Of a DNA stretch of 47,891 nucleotides, positions 32,958-44,187 are shown piece by piece; positions within the stretch are counted from its first letter, which is position 1; every line of letters begins with the position of its first letter. A model generated the notes under the pieces. The model saw only the letters and a program-made list of their open reading frames with translations, was not told the origin of the DNA and made no database searches. This stretch comes from Trichomonas gallinae (lineage: Eukaryota), in the NCBI GenBank assembly GCA_008369845.1, contig MRSU01009471.1:1-47891 (forward strand), in the 5' to 3' direction. Made by a program: the position numbers and the translations under genes.

Positions 32958-34220
32958 TTATTTCTTGTCTGTGTTGAAGCGGTATGATTCAATATTTGGT
33001 TTGCTTCTTGAAGCGCAGAAAATCCAAGCATCATCGTTAGAGAATGTCAGGAAGTTGACTTCTCCTTCGTGAAGCTCCTCAAGTGCTCCAGCAACTTTTC
33101 CATCTTTGAGATTAACAACAGTGAGCTTAGCCTTGCCTGAAACAATAGCAATTGTTGGGCTGTAGACAGAAGCAACGACAAGTCTGATGCCTTTGATCTC
33201 CCAGACGTTTCTTGCCTTATTTTGCTGAATCTTTGATGTATAAACTGTGAGAAGGCCGTCTGATGTAGCAACAACGAGTTCGCCTGTCTTAACAGAATAA
33301 GCCATGGATGTGATTGATACCTTTGTTGGGACAGTGCAGAACTGCTTGAATTCGCCCTTCTTATAATCATAAACTTCAATTGAAGCTCCAACAGCGAAGA
33401 AAATGCGGCTGTGGTCTGGTGTCGGTACTGCGTGCATAATCTTCTTTCCTTCGAATGAAATTGTTGTAAGAAGCTTTCCTTCAACATCATAAACGACAAA
33501 CTTGTTATTATCGACTAAAAGGCCAATATATTCTGCCTGTGGATGAATAACGAGAGCTGTGCATGTTGATTTGTAGACATTTTCGACTTCAAGACGATCT
33601 TTGATATAAAATTTGGATTCTTCATCGAGAGCAGTGTCTGCAATGACAAGTTTCTTGTGTACATTCTCTGTGTAAACAATCTTGATGCCATTTGATCGCA
33701 TAAATCCAGCATTTGTCACTTCAAACTTATCGAGCTCGAAATGTTGTGTGAGCATTGATGGTGAAATGTGGAGGAATTCGGTGAAGAACAAGTGGAACAT
33801 TCTATCTTTTGTAACAACACTCAAAAATCCTTCATCGTTGATCATCATGCATTTTGCAGCGCTATCGTTTGTAGTAATAGGAAGCTCAGAGCGTCCCTTG
33901 TTACGTCTGATAACGTTTGTTTGCTTCTGTTCGCGCTTAATTACTTTCTTTGGCTGTTCTTTTGGTCTGTTCTTCCATTCTTCTTCAGCAATCTGCTGTG
34001 CTTGGTGCTGAGGAAGTATTTTAGCAGACTTTTTAGCATTAGGATGTGGTCCTCTTTGTTTTTTAACGCGTTTATTTGTATTCATTCCTGGAACGTTCTG
34101 TGCATCAATTCCAGCCATCTCCATCACTTCCTCCTTGTGTTTGTATATGTAAACGCATGAGCAAATGAAGAGAATGCCTAAAAGTACCATAGCATATGGC
34201 ATCCATTCAAAATTCACCAT
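32958..34220 (-). CDS. Membrane-anchored WD40/beta-propeller protein
   Basis: N-terminal TM helix (YAMVLLGILFICSCVYIY), basic linker, WD-like blades (LHEGEVNFLTFSNDDAWIF). Confidence 0.7.
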   Translation of the reverse strand: MVNFEWMPYAMVLLGILFICSCVYIYKHKEEVMEMAGIDAQNVPGMNTNKRVKKQRGPHPNAKKSAKILPQHQAQQIAEEEWKNRPKEQPKKVIKREQKQTNVIRRNKGRSELPITTNDSAAKCMMINDEGFLSVVTKDRMFHLFFTEFLHISPSMLTQHFELDKFEVTNAGFMRSNGIKIVYTENVHKKLVIADTALDEESKFYIKDRLEVENVYKSTCTALVIHPQAEYIGLLVDNNKFVVYDVEGKLLTTISFEGKKIMHAVPTPDHSRIFFAVGASIEVYDYKKGEFKQFCTVPTKVSITSMAYSVKTGELVVATSDGLLTVYTSKIQQNKARNVWEIKGIRLVVASVYSPTIAIVSGKAKLTVVNLKDGKVAGALEELHEGEVNFLTFSNDDAWIFCASRSKPNIESYRFNTDKK

Positions 34221-34795
34221 TTTTTTCTGTTTTAAATTTCTTTACCAATTATAAATTTTTGTGTTTTTGAAATCAACACATACTATTTCTCGGTAAATTT
34301 TAAATTTTTAGTCATTATGATCCAAACAACAAAAACGTAGAAATTTTCTGACATTTTACATGTCATAAATCATTAGTTTCAAAAAAAATTTATAATTTTA
34401 ATAAATTTTAAAATGATGTGGAGATTTATCTTCTCAATGAAATACTTTCTAATTAAAGCTATAGATACAGAAGGACCTATAATATTAATTGGATTGCAAT
34501 CAATACTCAAAGAATTTCATTGATGATTTTATGATTTATTTTTTAAATAATGATTTTTTTTATAAATATAATTTGAATATTAACCTTAATTTTACATGGC
34601 AAAATATATTTTGCCTAATGATAGAATTTTGTTTTATTTTCATATATCTATATATTTATATTGTTTATGAAAAATTAAACAAATGACTATTTTACGCATA
34701 TAAGGATCTATGTATAGTAGTAAAAACCATTAAAAATGTCTCTTAAACTGAGTTTTGAAAGCAAAATGAAGTTGAGGAAAAATTTGACAAATTTT

Positions 34796-37700
34796 ATGGA
34801 GGATTTTAGGTTCGCAGGAAACTTGAATATTGAGGTGTTAAATGAAATGGTTTCCATGATGAACCCTCCACCAGGCACATCACCTGATTATATCGAAAAA
34901 ATTAACGAATATTTAACAGAGTTTATTCATCGCGAAGATGTTAACATGTTTGCAATACCAGCTTTGCAGTTAAATATATCTCCACAATCTAAATTTTATG
35001 TATTACAAGCAATAAGAAATTTCATCAAAGAAAAATGGGCAATTCAAGAGAAAGAATTCCAAGAATCGTTAAAATCATTTATATTTCAGTTCATTATAGA
35101 TATTATTAATGGAAATTTGCCAAATTTTTTGATAAAAATTGCAAATCAAACTTTAGTCGACTTGATAATTCTCGAATGGCCTCAGAACTGGCCAAATGTA
35201 CTACCAGATCTACTGAATACATCATCAATTTCGCCGCAAATCTGTGCAAATATTTTTGATATTTTAAATTGCTTAAGTATTCAAGTGAAAGAAGCAGAAG
35301 AGAACTACATTACAATACAAAGAGCCAATGAAGTTAAAAATTTCATTCAAGAAAATATCGAAATGATTATTAGTTTTATCCTCACAACAACTTCACAACA
35401 AACTGATGTAAATTACATAAAAGCTGGACTATTATGCATTAAAAGCTACATTGAATTCCTTACAACTCAGCAACTTTTCCAAACTGAATTATTGCAAAAT
35501 ATTCTTAATCAATATGCAAATCAAGCTACATATGAAATAGAAGTCATAGAAATCCTGTCAGAAGTGTTATCTTCTGCTCAAATTACTGATGAAACTCAAC
35601 AACAATTTGTTGATATTTTTGTTCTCACGACAAAAATGCTTTACTCTGCTGTGGGCGAAGACTTTTCAAAAGCACCACAACTTCTCAATGATGAAACTTT
35701 CATTCACATATTTGTTACTGAATTTACAGAAGTTGTTTTGCAAACTCAAGAATATACGTATAATGAAGAGTTTGAGGCTGCTTATAATCAGATAATGCAG
35801 TGGATGGTTTATATTTCAGCGAATTCTTCGGATGATATTTTTTCTTTAACATTAGATTATTGGGCTTGCGTTCTTAGAAACGTATTTCCAGGCATATTGA
35901 TGGAAGATTTAGCCTTGTCAGACGTTGTTGAGAGCGTTTGCATGCAGCTTTTAAAAATATTTATCGAAAGAATGCCGCAACCGCTTGTTCAAAGGTCCAT
36001 AATCGACGATGATGAACGAGTGCACAATATTTACCAAAGCAACACCTCTCTTGGCAGTGATTATTTTAATGCTCAACAATGTGTTGCTCTTTTAACTAAT
36101 TACTACAAACAGGAGATGCTATCATTGATAACTGCTGCATATGAGGTCATAGATATCAACGATTTGTCAAGTTTTCCAAGTTTATTATGGATTACCGGCG
36201 CTGTAGGCAGTTCATTGCCCGTTGAAGACTGCGAGGAGTTGTTTCCGATAATTCTGCAGAATTTGTTTGGAATTTCCAATTCAACTGAAGAAATCCAAAT
36301 AAAATATCTATGCGCGAAAGGAATTTGCTTCATTTCATGGAGTTTTTACAAATATTTGCAGCAACAAGACCATTATGTAATCCTCAAAGCTGTTATATCT
36401 AAAATACTTGAGTTCATGGTTGAAGAGGACTCAGAGCTGCAGCTCCATTGCATTGTCGCGCTGAGATATTTCAGTTCGCACATGAAGAAGATTTTCTGGA
36501 ATTCGCCGATAGAAGGAGAAAAATCACTTTTATATTGCATCGTCGAATCGACAGACAATATTCTATCTCACCTAATGCAAGAGTATGTCCCTGACTTCTA
36601 TGAGGCCTTAGCTATATTCGTGCAAGGCATTCCTGCGAGCTCAGAGAACTTCGATATTACTCCTTTGACGCTCTGGGGAAATGTTATTTCAAAAATCGAA
36701 GGACTGCTTGGAAACACGGAAATAGATGAGGAAACTAAACTAACAAATACATTGACCATGATGAAAGCATTTATAAGGATTTCTGCATTCTGCAAAGCAA
36801 GTAATTTTCCGTATTTGCCAATGTTTTTGAATAACGCGATCCAACTCTATCTAAGTTCATCAGAGACACTTCAAAATTATATAACAGATACTGGACTTGA
36901 TCAAAGAGGCACTTTACTGCTTGCAATTAATTCTCAAATTTTAACAATACTTGATAAAATGCTAGCATACGGCAGCAATCTCGAAATATCTAAAGACACA
37001 GTCATGGTGGTAACATTGAACCAAATAATCGATGATTACTTCAATCTAAATCCATTTGCACGATCTCCAAATATATTTTGGCTTCTGAATTCTATAATTA
37101 AAAAATTCCCAACTGATGTAACACCTTTCCTGCCGAAAATACTTGATAAAGTATATGTCCCTACAATGGCAATGATCAGTGACTTCAAATCGTTCAATGA
37201 GTTTCGAAGACCTTTCTCAATGTTTGTCGCAAGTTTGATGTCGCGACAAAAAATTATAGAAGAAGTTGGTGAAAGTGGTACTGACGAATTACTTAATTGC
37301 TTGAAGTTCTTTTGCAATCATCAATATCAGCAGGTCCATGACCATGGTTTGAATGGAATTTACAACATTGTTTTCGGTGCATATCATGATATAAGAACGG
37401 AAACAGCAGCTCTTGCTTTTCTCGAGAAAAACTTTATGGACATAGTATTTTTCTTGTTCGATTTAATTCTTAACATCTCCTACAAGTTTTCATTTGACTA
37501 TCAGGTGTCGACAATCAAGAACATTTTAGGACACGATTACGCGAAAGCCCACGCTGCAGAGATATTCACGAAATTATGCGAAAGCACAAACGTTGATCCA
37601 CATTTTATTAACTCTTTGTTGGAAATTTTGTTTGGTGACAGTGTAGATTTGAGTGAGGCAAGAGATGCATTGAAGACTCTTGTTATACTTGTCACCAAGA

Positions 37701-37867
37701 TTTCGCCGACAGATCCTGATTTGAACAAAGAAGAACAAAGGATTTTGGCAACTCAGTTCTCCGAAAAATTCAAAAATATTCCTGGTTACACAGCATCTAA
37801 CGCTTTGTCTAATGGACCCCAATTCGACTTAGCGCAAAATGTTTCCTCTATTTCAATCAAGTGCTGA
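34796..37867 (+). CDS. Importin-beta superfamily exportin (CRM1/Xpo1-like)
   Basis: SKFYVLQAIRNFIKEKW (IBN_N), LIILEWPQNWP (Xpo1 domain), LDYW, HEAT-like helices; upstream in-frame ATGs at 34736 and 34766 are alternative starts. Confidence 0.8.
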   Translation: MEDFRFAGNLNIEVLNEMVSMMNPPPGTSPDYIEKINEYLTEFIHREDVNMFAIPALQLNISPQSKFYVLQAIRNFIKEKWAIQEKEFQESLKSFIFQFIIDIINGNLPNFLIKIANQTLVDLIILEWPQNWPNVLPDLLNTSSISPQICANIFDILNCLSIQVKEAEENYITIQRANEVKNFIQENIEMIISFILTTTSQQTDVNYIKAGLLCIKSYIEFLTTQQLFQTELLQNILNQYANQATYEIEVIEILSEVLSSAQITDETQQQFVDIFVLTTKMLYSAVGEDFSKAPQLLNDETFIHIFVTEFTEVVLQTQEYTYNEEFEAAYNQIMQWMVYISANSSDDIFSLTLDYWACVLRNVFPGILMEDLALSDVVESVCMQLLKIFIERMPQPLVQRSIIDDDERVHNIYQSNTSLGSDYFNAQQCVALLTNYYKQEMLSLITAAYEVIDINDLSSFPSLLWITGAVGSSLPVEDCEELFPIILQNLFGISNSTEEIQIKYLCAKGICFISWSFYKYLQQQDHYVILKAVISKILEFMVEEDSELQLHCIVALRYFSSHMKKIFWNSPIEGEKSLLYCIVESTDNILSHLMQEYVPDFYEALAIFVQGIPASSENFDITPLTLWGNVISKIEGLLGNTEIDEETKLTNTLTMMKAFIRISAFCKASNFPYLPMFLNNAIQLYLSSSETLQNYITDTGLDQRGTLLLAINSQILTILDKMLAYGSNLEISKDTVMVVTLNQIIDDYFNLNPFARSPNIFWLLNSIIKKFPTDVTPFLPKILDKVYVPTMAMISDFKSFNEFRRPFSMFVASLMSRQKIIEEVGESGTDELLNCLKFFCNHQYQQVHDHGLNGIYNIVFGAYHDIRTETAALAFLEKNFMDIVFFLFDLILNISYKFSFDYQVSTIKNILGHDYAKAHAAEIFTKLCESTNVDPHFINSLLEILFGDSVDLSEARDALKTLVILVTKISPTDPDLNKEEQRILATQFSEKFKNIPGYTASNALSNGPQFDLAQNVSSISIKC

Positions 37868-38260
37868 TTATATATATATGTCAATATTATTATTTGTTTG
37901 TTTTTTAAACATTTGTTATCATATGATTATCTTCTATTGTATAAATCAATTAAAAACTAAAGTTTATTGTGGCTTTAGAGCTTGATCACTTGTTCTTTTC
38001 CATACGTAGAAAACCTGATACTCAATGATGCAGATGCATTTCTTCTTGGATGATTTCTCCCAAGTCTTGAATTAAATGAATTCATCGATTGTTTGCAAAA
38101 AGTATTTTATTTTTCCATTTACTAGAGTGATATTTGTTTTATTGAAATATTATCTCATTATGTTCAATATTGAAATATTAATCTCAAATGGTTTTTTCCA
38201 CATAATTAAATCAAACAACAAATTAAAAATAACATGAAAATTTTAATGATAAACATGTAA

Positions 38261-41200
38261 TTACTCTGATATTCCAAGTCTCGTCTTCATTCTATGAATC
38301 TCCTGTATTCTTCCTTGATCGCGGAGCGTTTCAAATACGTGTTGGATTGAATCATCATGATTATTTTCTTTCAGCCATTTAGTGAATGTTATAAAACTGG
38401 AATCGACCATAGTTTTTGTAGCTTCATCTAAAAGGCCTTTATTGAAAATTGATTCGCAAATCTTTCCGTCGTCGAATCCGAACATAAACGGAATATCAAA
38501 ATGGCACTTCTGTATGAGGATGTCAATTGTTGTATCTCTTATTGCATTATCGCCAATATGGCTGCAAAATTCGCAAATTTGCTTCGGCCATCCTGAATCT
38601 GACAATCTAGAAATGACATTCGACATAGATATCGATTCATCATTCAAGAAGAACTCGGAAATAGGAATAGTCGAGATAGAAACTGTATCAAGGATATCTC
38701 TGAATACAGTGAAATGTCTCGCTTTGAAAGGAATGACTGTATTTTCTTTGTTAGCCATTTCTGAGAATCCATATGATATTGTCTTCAAAAATATCGACTG
38801 TATCTGCGCGTTTCTAATCAAAACTTTTTCGCGCATGAAATCATGAATGTTTTGGAGCAGGAACAATTTGTGATTTCTATAAACAGATTTCAAGACTTTA
38901 ACAGCAAGAACTTCATCTTCAATTCTATACAGCTTCATTATCTCCATCAGTGCCATTGCAGCGCCATCATTTTCATTTATTTTCGATGATAACTCGTCGA
39001 TTGTTTGTTTAATATTTCCCTCATTGAACATTTCATCTGAAGCATCCATTCCGAAGACTTCTAGGATTCTTCCTATGTATATTGTTCTCTGCTTCATTAA
39101 AAGTTCGTCAAAGTCTCTCGTGTAGCATTCTGAGATGTCTTTTTCGTCAGCCAAAACGAATAAACACTGCAAAGCTTTTGCGCGGCTTCTATATGACTTG
39201 TTTTGGTAGATAAACAATAATAACCATTTCACTGCATTCTTTATCTTCCAGACTCTCATTATGAACAAAGCTCTTTGCACATTCACTTGATCATCGTGAA
39301 CTTCATGTTCATAGGCTGTTTCACTGAATATTGAAGTTTGAGGTGTAATTGTTGATGCTTTGTTTTCTGACAGCCAAGTATTGACTAAATGTTCTCTAAT
39401 CTTGGAAATTGATAAACCATTTGATTGCGCCAAGCCTTTCATGATTGAATGGAGCTGATAACCAAGCTTTTCTTGGAGTTTTGTGCTTGAATATAATTCG
39501 CAGATGATTCTAGATGGATCATTCATGTGTGACTCTTTTGCTTGATCTTGAAACTCTTTGTGTGATAAAATCTCTTTGATCTTGATTTCGTTGACTTTGT
39601 TTATTTCTCCAATAGCTTTGTAGAATGATATAAGATTGGTAAACTTGAATCTTGGGGCCAACTGATGAATCATAACTTCTTTGCTGCTCTTGGATGTCAA
39701 TAAAGCTATCATTGGTGCATAATCGTTGAAATTAGCTGACCTCATCTTTTTAATCATTAAATGAAGAATTATTTGGTCAGTTTTAACATTTAATATACTT
39801 GATAGCGCAATCATTATATTGATATTGTCATGGGTAACTGCTTCATTGATGATTTCCAGTGGATTCTTCATTAGTTTGTGGAAATCAATCGAAACTAAAT
39901 CGCCGTCAATTAATACTCCTAAAATCGTCATTTGTTTTTCGTATGAAAGATGATTCATTAATAATATGTGGTATATCAATAAGAGCTTCTTGTGGTCATG
40001 TCCATCTATGATGTTAAGAAGTGGAATAAGAAGATCTGAGACATCTTTTGAGTTCATTAAAGTTAACGATTGAATGGAAAGAATTAATTTGTCCGTGTTA
40101 TCAGATAAAAGCCCATCTTTGATGTCCTCAGGTTTTATTGGGTAATCGAATAATATCAAACTGAAGAACTTCTGGAAGTTGTTGTCTTTCAAGTAAGTCT
40201 TCAAGTTTTCGAAATCTGCATGCTCTTTTATTAAGTTGAAAATTATGTTTCTATTTGTTTCAGGAATCTTAACTAATCCTTTGAGAACAGCAATGCTATT
40301 GGATATTTCTATAACTTTGTCTGCTGTTGTGCATTTTATTGCTGCTTCGAGTAATTTCAACCAAAGATCAATTGTCAAATCAAGCGGAAAATTCTTCGAT
40401 GATTCAATTAAATATGACAAACAAATTTCCCAGTTGAAATTGGTCAGATATGGTAATATTCTTGGTATTACATCATTAGCGTGTGCCTGGAAATCAGGAT
40501 ATGTGCTGATTATGTCTATTACGCTTTCTTTTTCGAAAGAAAGAGTTTGAACTAGATCAGAAAAATAATCATATCCAAATTTGTTGATTAACTTGATGAA
40601 CAATCTCTTCTTGATCTCATAAACCTGGTAATCCTCATAGCTTATGACCTCCTTGTACTGTGTAGCTAGTTTGTAAATTGGAATTATTTCTGTCATTTCC
40701 TTAAAATCTTCAAGTTTTTGCGCGTAATTTTGGGGATTTTCTGGCTGTCCGTTTGCGAGTTGCTTAAGAGATCCGTAATAGATTACATTCTTTATTGATA
40801 TTGTGTCTGATGATGGGCAACGCTTCAATGGGCTTCCAACTGAATCCTGTTGTGAAAAGTTCTCATTTGAATTTGATCTGAACAATTTTGGCCTCGGAGA
40901 GAGTTTTGACCTGATATAATTGTTAGGACTAGTTGTGAAAGAGATATTGGTCGACTTTGCATAATCTTTAATCGCTGATAATTCGTTATCATTTTGAAAA
41001 GTCATTTTTTCAAGAGCTGCTGCGAGTTTTGTTTGATCTTGAATGTAATTCGAAAGGATACTGATCTTCTTTGATACATCCCAGTCTCTTCTTACAACAG
41101 AATCAATTATTACGTCGTCCAAACTTAAATTATTCGATTGACAAAAACTAATTGCGTGAGCTCTGATAAATTGGATCAATTTTGTAGATGTTGTACAACT

Positions 41201-41845
41201 GTTCATCAAATTTGTAATAAAACTGTATTTATCATATCGAATATATTCTGAAAGTGGAATTGGCACTGTTAATTTCAGGTCTTTGAGTTCAATTATAGAT
41301 GTTCTAAGATTTGTAAGTTGTTCCCATGCCTCTTGTATTGATTGATCTGGAATATTTGGAACTAATCTTCTGTAATTTTGCCAAATTTCAGTAAGTTGCT
41401 GTGTATGCGAGTACTCATCGTATGAAAATGTCGAATGTGTTGTGAATGTAGCTGAAACTAAAAGATATGCATAACGAACATCTAAAATTTTATGTGTATG
41501 CATAACAATCCACTGAATTGGAATCTTGTTGACCCATTGACAAATAAATGGTAGATAAATCTTTGGATTGCTCTTTGCTTTTGGCGAATGATTGAAAAAT
41601 TTCAGAAAATAAATGAGTAATTCAGGATGTCGACGACATAAAACTACTGCTAAACTAATAGGAACGTTTTCGAGAATGCTTTCGATGCTATTTTCTAAAG
41701 GTTTTTGTTGAAATTCTTCTAAACTTTGTTGTATGTATTGTGGGAAGAGAATATTGTATGTACCTTCAATAATTAATATCTCTTTTGGTGTTTTTTGTCC
41801 GCTGTTATCAGCTATGTTCTTTTTTCGTTTCGGAATTTCTTTCAT
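38261..41845 (-). CDS. Large alpha-helical protein, probable Rod/KNTC1 C-terminal homolog
   Basis: 1194-aa ORF; RAKALQCLFVLADEKDI and collinear motifs resemble the Rod C-terminal domain as recalled (no search run). Confidence 0.55.
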   Translation of the reverse strand: MKEIPKRKKNIADNSGQKTPKEILIIEGTYNILFPQYIQQSLEEFQQKPLENSIESILENVPISLAVVLCRRHPELLIYFLKFFNHSPKAKSNPKIYLPFICQWVNKIPIQWIVMHTHKILDVRYAYLLVSATFTTHSTFSYDEYSHTQQLTEIWQNYRRLVPNIPDQSIQEAWEQLTNLRTSIIELKDLKLTVPIPLSEYIRYDKYSFITNLMNSCTTSTKLIQFIRAHAISFCQSNNLSLDDVIIDSVVRRDWDVSKKISILSNYIQDQTKLAAALEKMTFQNDNELSAIKDYAKSTNISFTTSPNNYIRSKLSPRPKLFRSNSNENFSQQDSVGSPLKRCPSSDTISIKNVIYYGSLKQLANGQPENPQNYAQKLEDFKEMTEIIPIYKLATQYKEVISYEDYQVYEIKKRLFIKLINKFGYDYFSDLVQTLSFEKESVIDIISTYPDFQAHANDVIPRILPYLTNFNWEICLSYLIESSKNFPLDLTIDLWLKLLEAAIKCTTADKVIEISNSIAVLKGLVKIPETNRNIIFNLIKEHADFENLKTYLKDNNFQKFFSLILFDYPIKPEDIKDGLLSDNTDKLILSIQSLTLMNSKDVSDLLIPLLNIIDGHDHKKLLLIYHILLMNHLSYEKQMTILGVLIDGDLVSIDFHKLMKNPLEIINEAVTHDNINIMIALSSILNVKTDQIILHLMIKKMRSANFNDYAPMIALLTSKSSKEVMIHQLAPRFKFTNLISFYKAIGEINKVNEIKIKEILSHKEFQDQAKESHMNDPSRIICELYSSTKLQEKLGYQLHSIMKGLAQSNGLSISKIREHLVNTWLSENKASTITPQTSIFSETAYEHEVHDDQVNVQRALFIMRVWKIKNAVKWLLLFIYQNKSYRSRAKALQCLFVLADEKDISECYTRDFDELLMKQRTIYIGRILEVFGMDASDEMFNEGNIKQTIDELSSKINENDGAAMALMEIMKLYRIEDEVLAVKVLKSVYRNHKLFLLQNIHDFMREKVLIRNAQIQSIFLKTISYGFSEMANKENTVIPFKARHFTVFRDILDTVSISTIPISEFFLNDESISMSNVISRLSDSGWPKQICEFCSHIGDNAIRDTTIDILIQKCHFDIPFMFGFDDGKICESIFNKGLLDEATKTMVDSSFITFTKWLKENNHDDSIQHVFETLRDQGRIQEIHRMKTRLGISE

Positions 41846-42773
41846 TAAAATTTTATGAACTGCTTGATCTTTAATTGCAATGATTTAGATGATTTCGAAG
41901 GCATATAAATGAATGCCAATAATTTTTTGGAGATTCGAAAAATTTTAAACGTACACATTTTATTTTGAAATAAATCTAAAATCAAGGAACCTATCAGCAT
42001 CACGAGCTTTGAACGCATAATACCGCAACAATTGGAGCTTATTAAGTGATTTATTTGACATTATATCCATTGAACCGAGTTTATTCATCGAATGAAAAAT
42101 ATTCATTTGAATTGATTTCAATTCGGAATAGATTAGCATTCCAAATTCATGCTTTCCTATTTATTACGCATATTCATGATATCAAAAGTATGATAAGATT
42201 GGATTTTTTGAAAATATAGATATTAATATAAAAAGCATATATTATATAAAGCATCTATATTACATGTATTGCATATATCAAGCTGATAAATCTTTGTTTG
42301 CATAGATTAATGAATAAGCTCATAATAAATCTGGTATCAATAGTTTTTGATTCGTATGATTCTCATATAATACTGAAATGATGAACAAAAAACTATATCT
42401 TTAGGAAAATTATTTGCATTCGGAACTCAACATATTTACAAGCTCCAAATCCATCATGGTTACTATATGTATTTAGTTGCATCGCTCAATAGGACAAATA
42501 AAACATTCTCAGATATTGATAAATTTTTTATCAGCGAAAACAATGTTAATCTTGCCAATATATATCAAATATATTATCTACCGCATTATGCCTAGTTAAA
42601 TGCTATCTTCCTCCATGATATCCAGAAACGAAATCTATTTGATGTCGTAATTACACAGTTTGATTGAAATTCTAGAGATAAAATGAATTTTTTCAGAATA
42701 TCATCGGTTACACAGTGAGGCAAAGCAAGCATTTAGGAAATTAGGATCTTCGTAGAAGGCACTTTACGGTAAA

Positions 42774-43724
42774 ATGCTAGCATTCACGCTAGAAAATCCC
42801 AGTATGGGCACTTTGAACATCACGGAAAAAAAAGAAACAGGCTATACAATGTATACTTTAGGTTATCCATGTCCTAGCAGTTTTTCTTGCACATCATATG
42901 TAACCACACTGCCTGTTGGTAAGTATAAGTTTGAAGTAATAGGAGCTGGAGGCGGTGATTCGCATTCGTCCAGTGGTAAAGGCGGTTTTGGCGGTATAAG
43001 TATTGGGTACTATGAAACTGCATCATCTACTCTTGCTTTCTTCAATATTGGCGGCAAAGGAGCTAATGGATATGATTATTACGGCAAACCCCAGAACCCT
43101 CCAGGTGGATTCAATGGAGGTGGAAGTGGAGGACGTCACATATCACGAACTGATCTTAATTCAGGAGGGGGAGGTGGAAGTTCGGATGTCAGAATTTTGT
43201 CAAATGACATTTCGAAAAGAATAATCGTCGCAGGAGGGGGCGGCGGTTGTGCCCCTGATACTCAATTTTCAGGTAATGGAGGAGGTATTTCAGGAACCCC
43301 CGGAGTAGCTGGCCATTCATCATATTCTCTTGGTGGTGGTCCAGGAACCGATAGAAACGGTGGTTTTGGTTATAATTCGGAAAATTATGGTAAATTTTTT
43401 TACGGCGGAAAGGGAGCCACGAATATAGATGCATCTGGAAGTGGAGGTGGTGGAGGTGGCTACTATGGAGGCGGTGGTGGATCAACCACCTCTCAAACAG
43501 ATAGATGGGCTGCCTCTGGAGGTGGAGGAAGTGGATATATTGGCGGTGTGCAGAGTCTAGACCGCTATGGTATTACTGCTTCCACTTCAACATATTTAAA
43601 TTCTGGTAATGGCCTCATTAAGATCACAATTTTGACTTCAATTCTATGCGATTTAGTTTGTTCAAATGAACGAATAGTTCATGGAGCTCCAATATTGTGT
43701 ATTATGTGTATCCTACTGCTGTAA
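42774..43724 (+). CDS. Glycine-rich protein (ALK/LTK-like Gly-rich domain family)
   Basis: GKYKFEVIGAGGG, GGFNGGG, GGGGSSDVR, RIIVAGGGGG, GGGYYGG, GGGGSGY, GNGLIKIT. Confidence 0.85.
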   Translation: MLAFTLENPSMGTLNITEKKETGYTMYTLGYPCPSSFSCTSYVTTLPVGKYKFEVIGAGGGDSHSSSGKGGFGGISIGYYETASSTLAFFNIGGKGANGYDYYGKPQNPPGGFNGGGSGGRHISRTDLNSGGGGGSSDVRILSNDISKRIIVAGGGGGCAPDTQFSGNGGGISGTPGVAGHSSYSLGGGPGTDRNGGFGYNSENYGKFFYGGKGATNIDASGSGGGGGGYYGGGGGSTTSQTDRWAASGGGGSGYIGGVQSLDRYGITASTSTYLNSGNGLIKITILTSILCDLVCSNERIVHGAPILCIMCILLL

Positions 43725-43938
43725 AATGAAAATTGTTGAATTTTTTAATTCAATATAAGATAATTGTTGTTTAATAGTATTGAGATATAAATATTCTAAT
43801 ATATGAATCTAATTTTGAAAAATATAAAGTAAAATAGAAGATAAATAGATATTATTACTATCTTGAATTAAACATACGTACTGCTATTTATTCGTTTTAC
43901 TACCGGTCAAGTATGTTTATACTAAACAGTAAATTTAA

Positions 43939-43991
43939 ATTTCAATATACTAATTCGATTTCTATTGATTTCAATATACTAATTCGATTTC
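43939..43991. repeat. 24-bp direct repeat, two copies
   Basis: ATTTCAATATACTAATTCGATTTC at 43939-43962 and 43968-43991. Confidence 0.85.
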
Positions 43992-44187
43992 ACATATTCT
44001 TCGATAGATATCGTTACATGTTTATCTGATTAAATCAGAAAAATTGAATTGTTTTCAACAATCTTTGAATATCTATGGATAAATAATTGGAAAATATATA
44101 AAAATAGTCAGAAGAAAGTCTAAGATAGTTATTGGCCATAACAGAAACGATAATATAAATTTAATATACAATAATTACAATAATATA

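Noticed and set aside
37975..38080. 36-codon minus-strand ORF (MNSFNSRLGRNHPRR...) in a GC-richer patch
   Set aside because: Too short, no motif and no supporting structure
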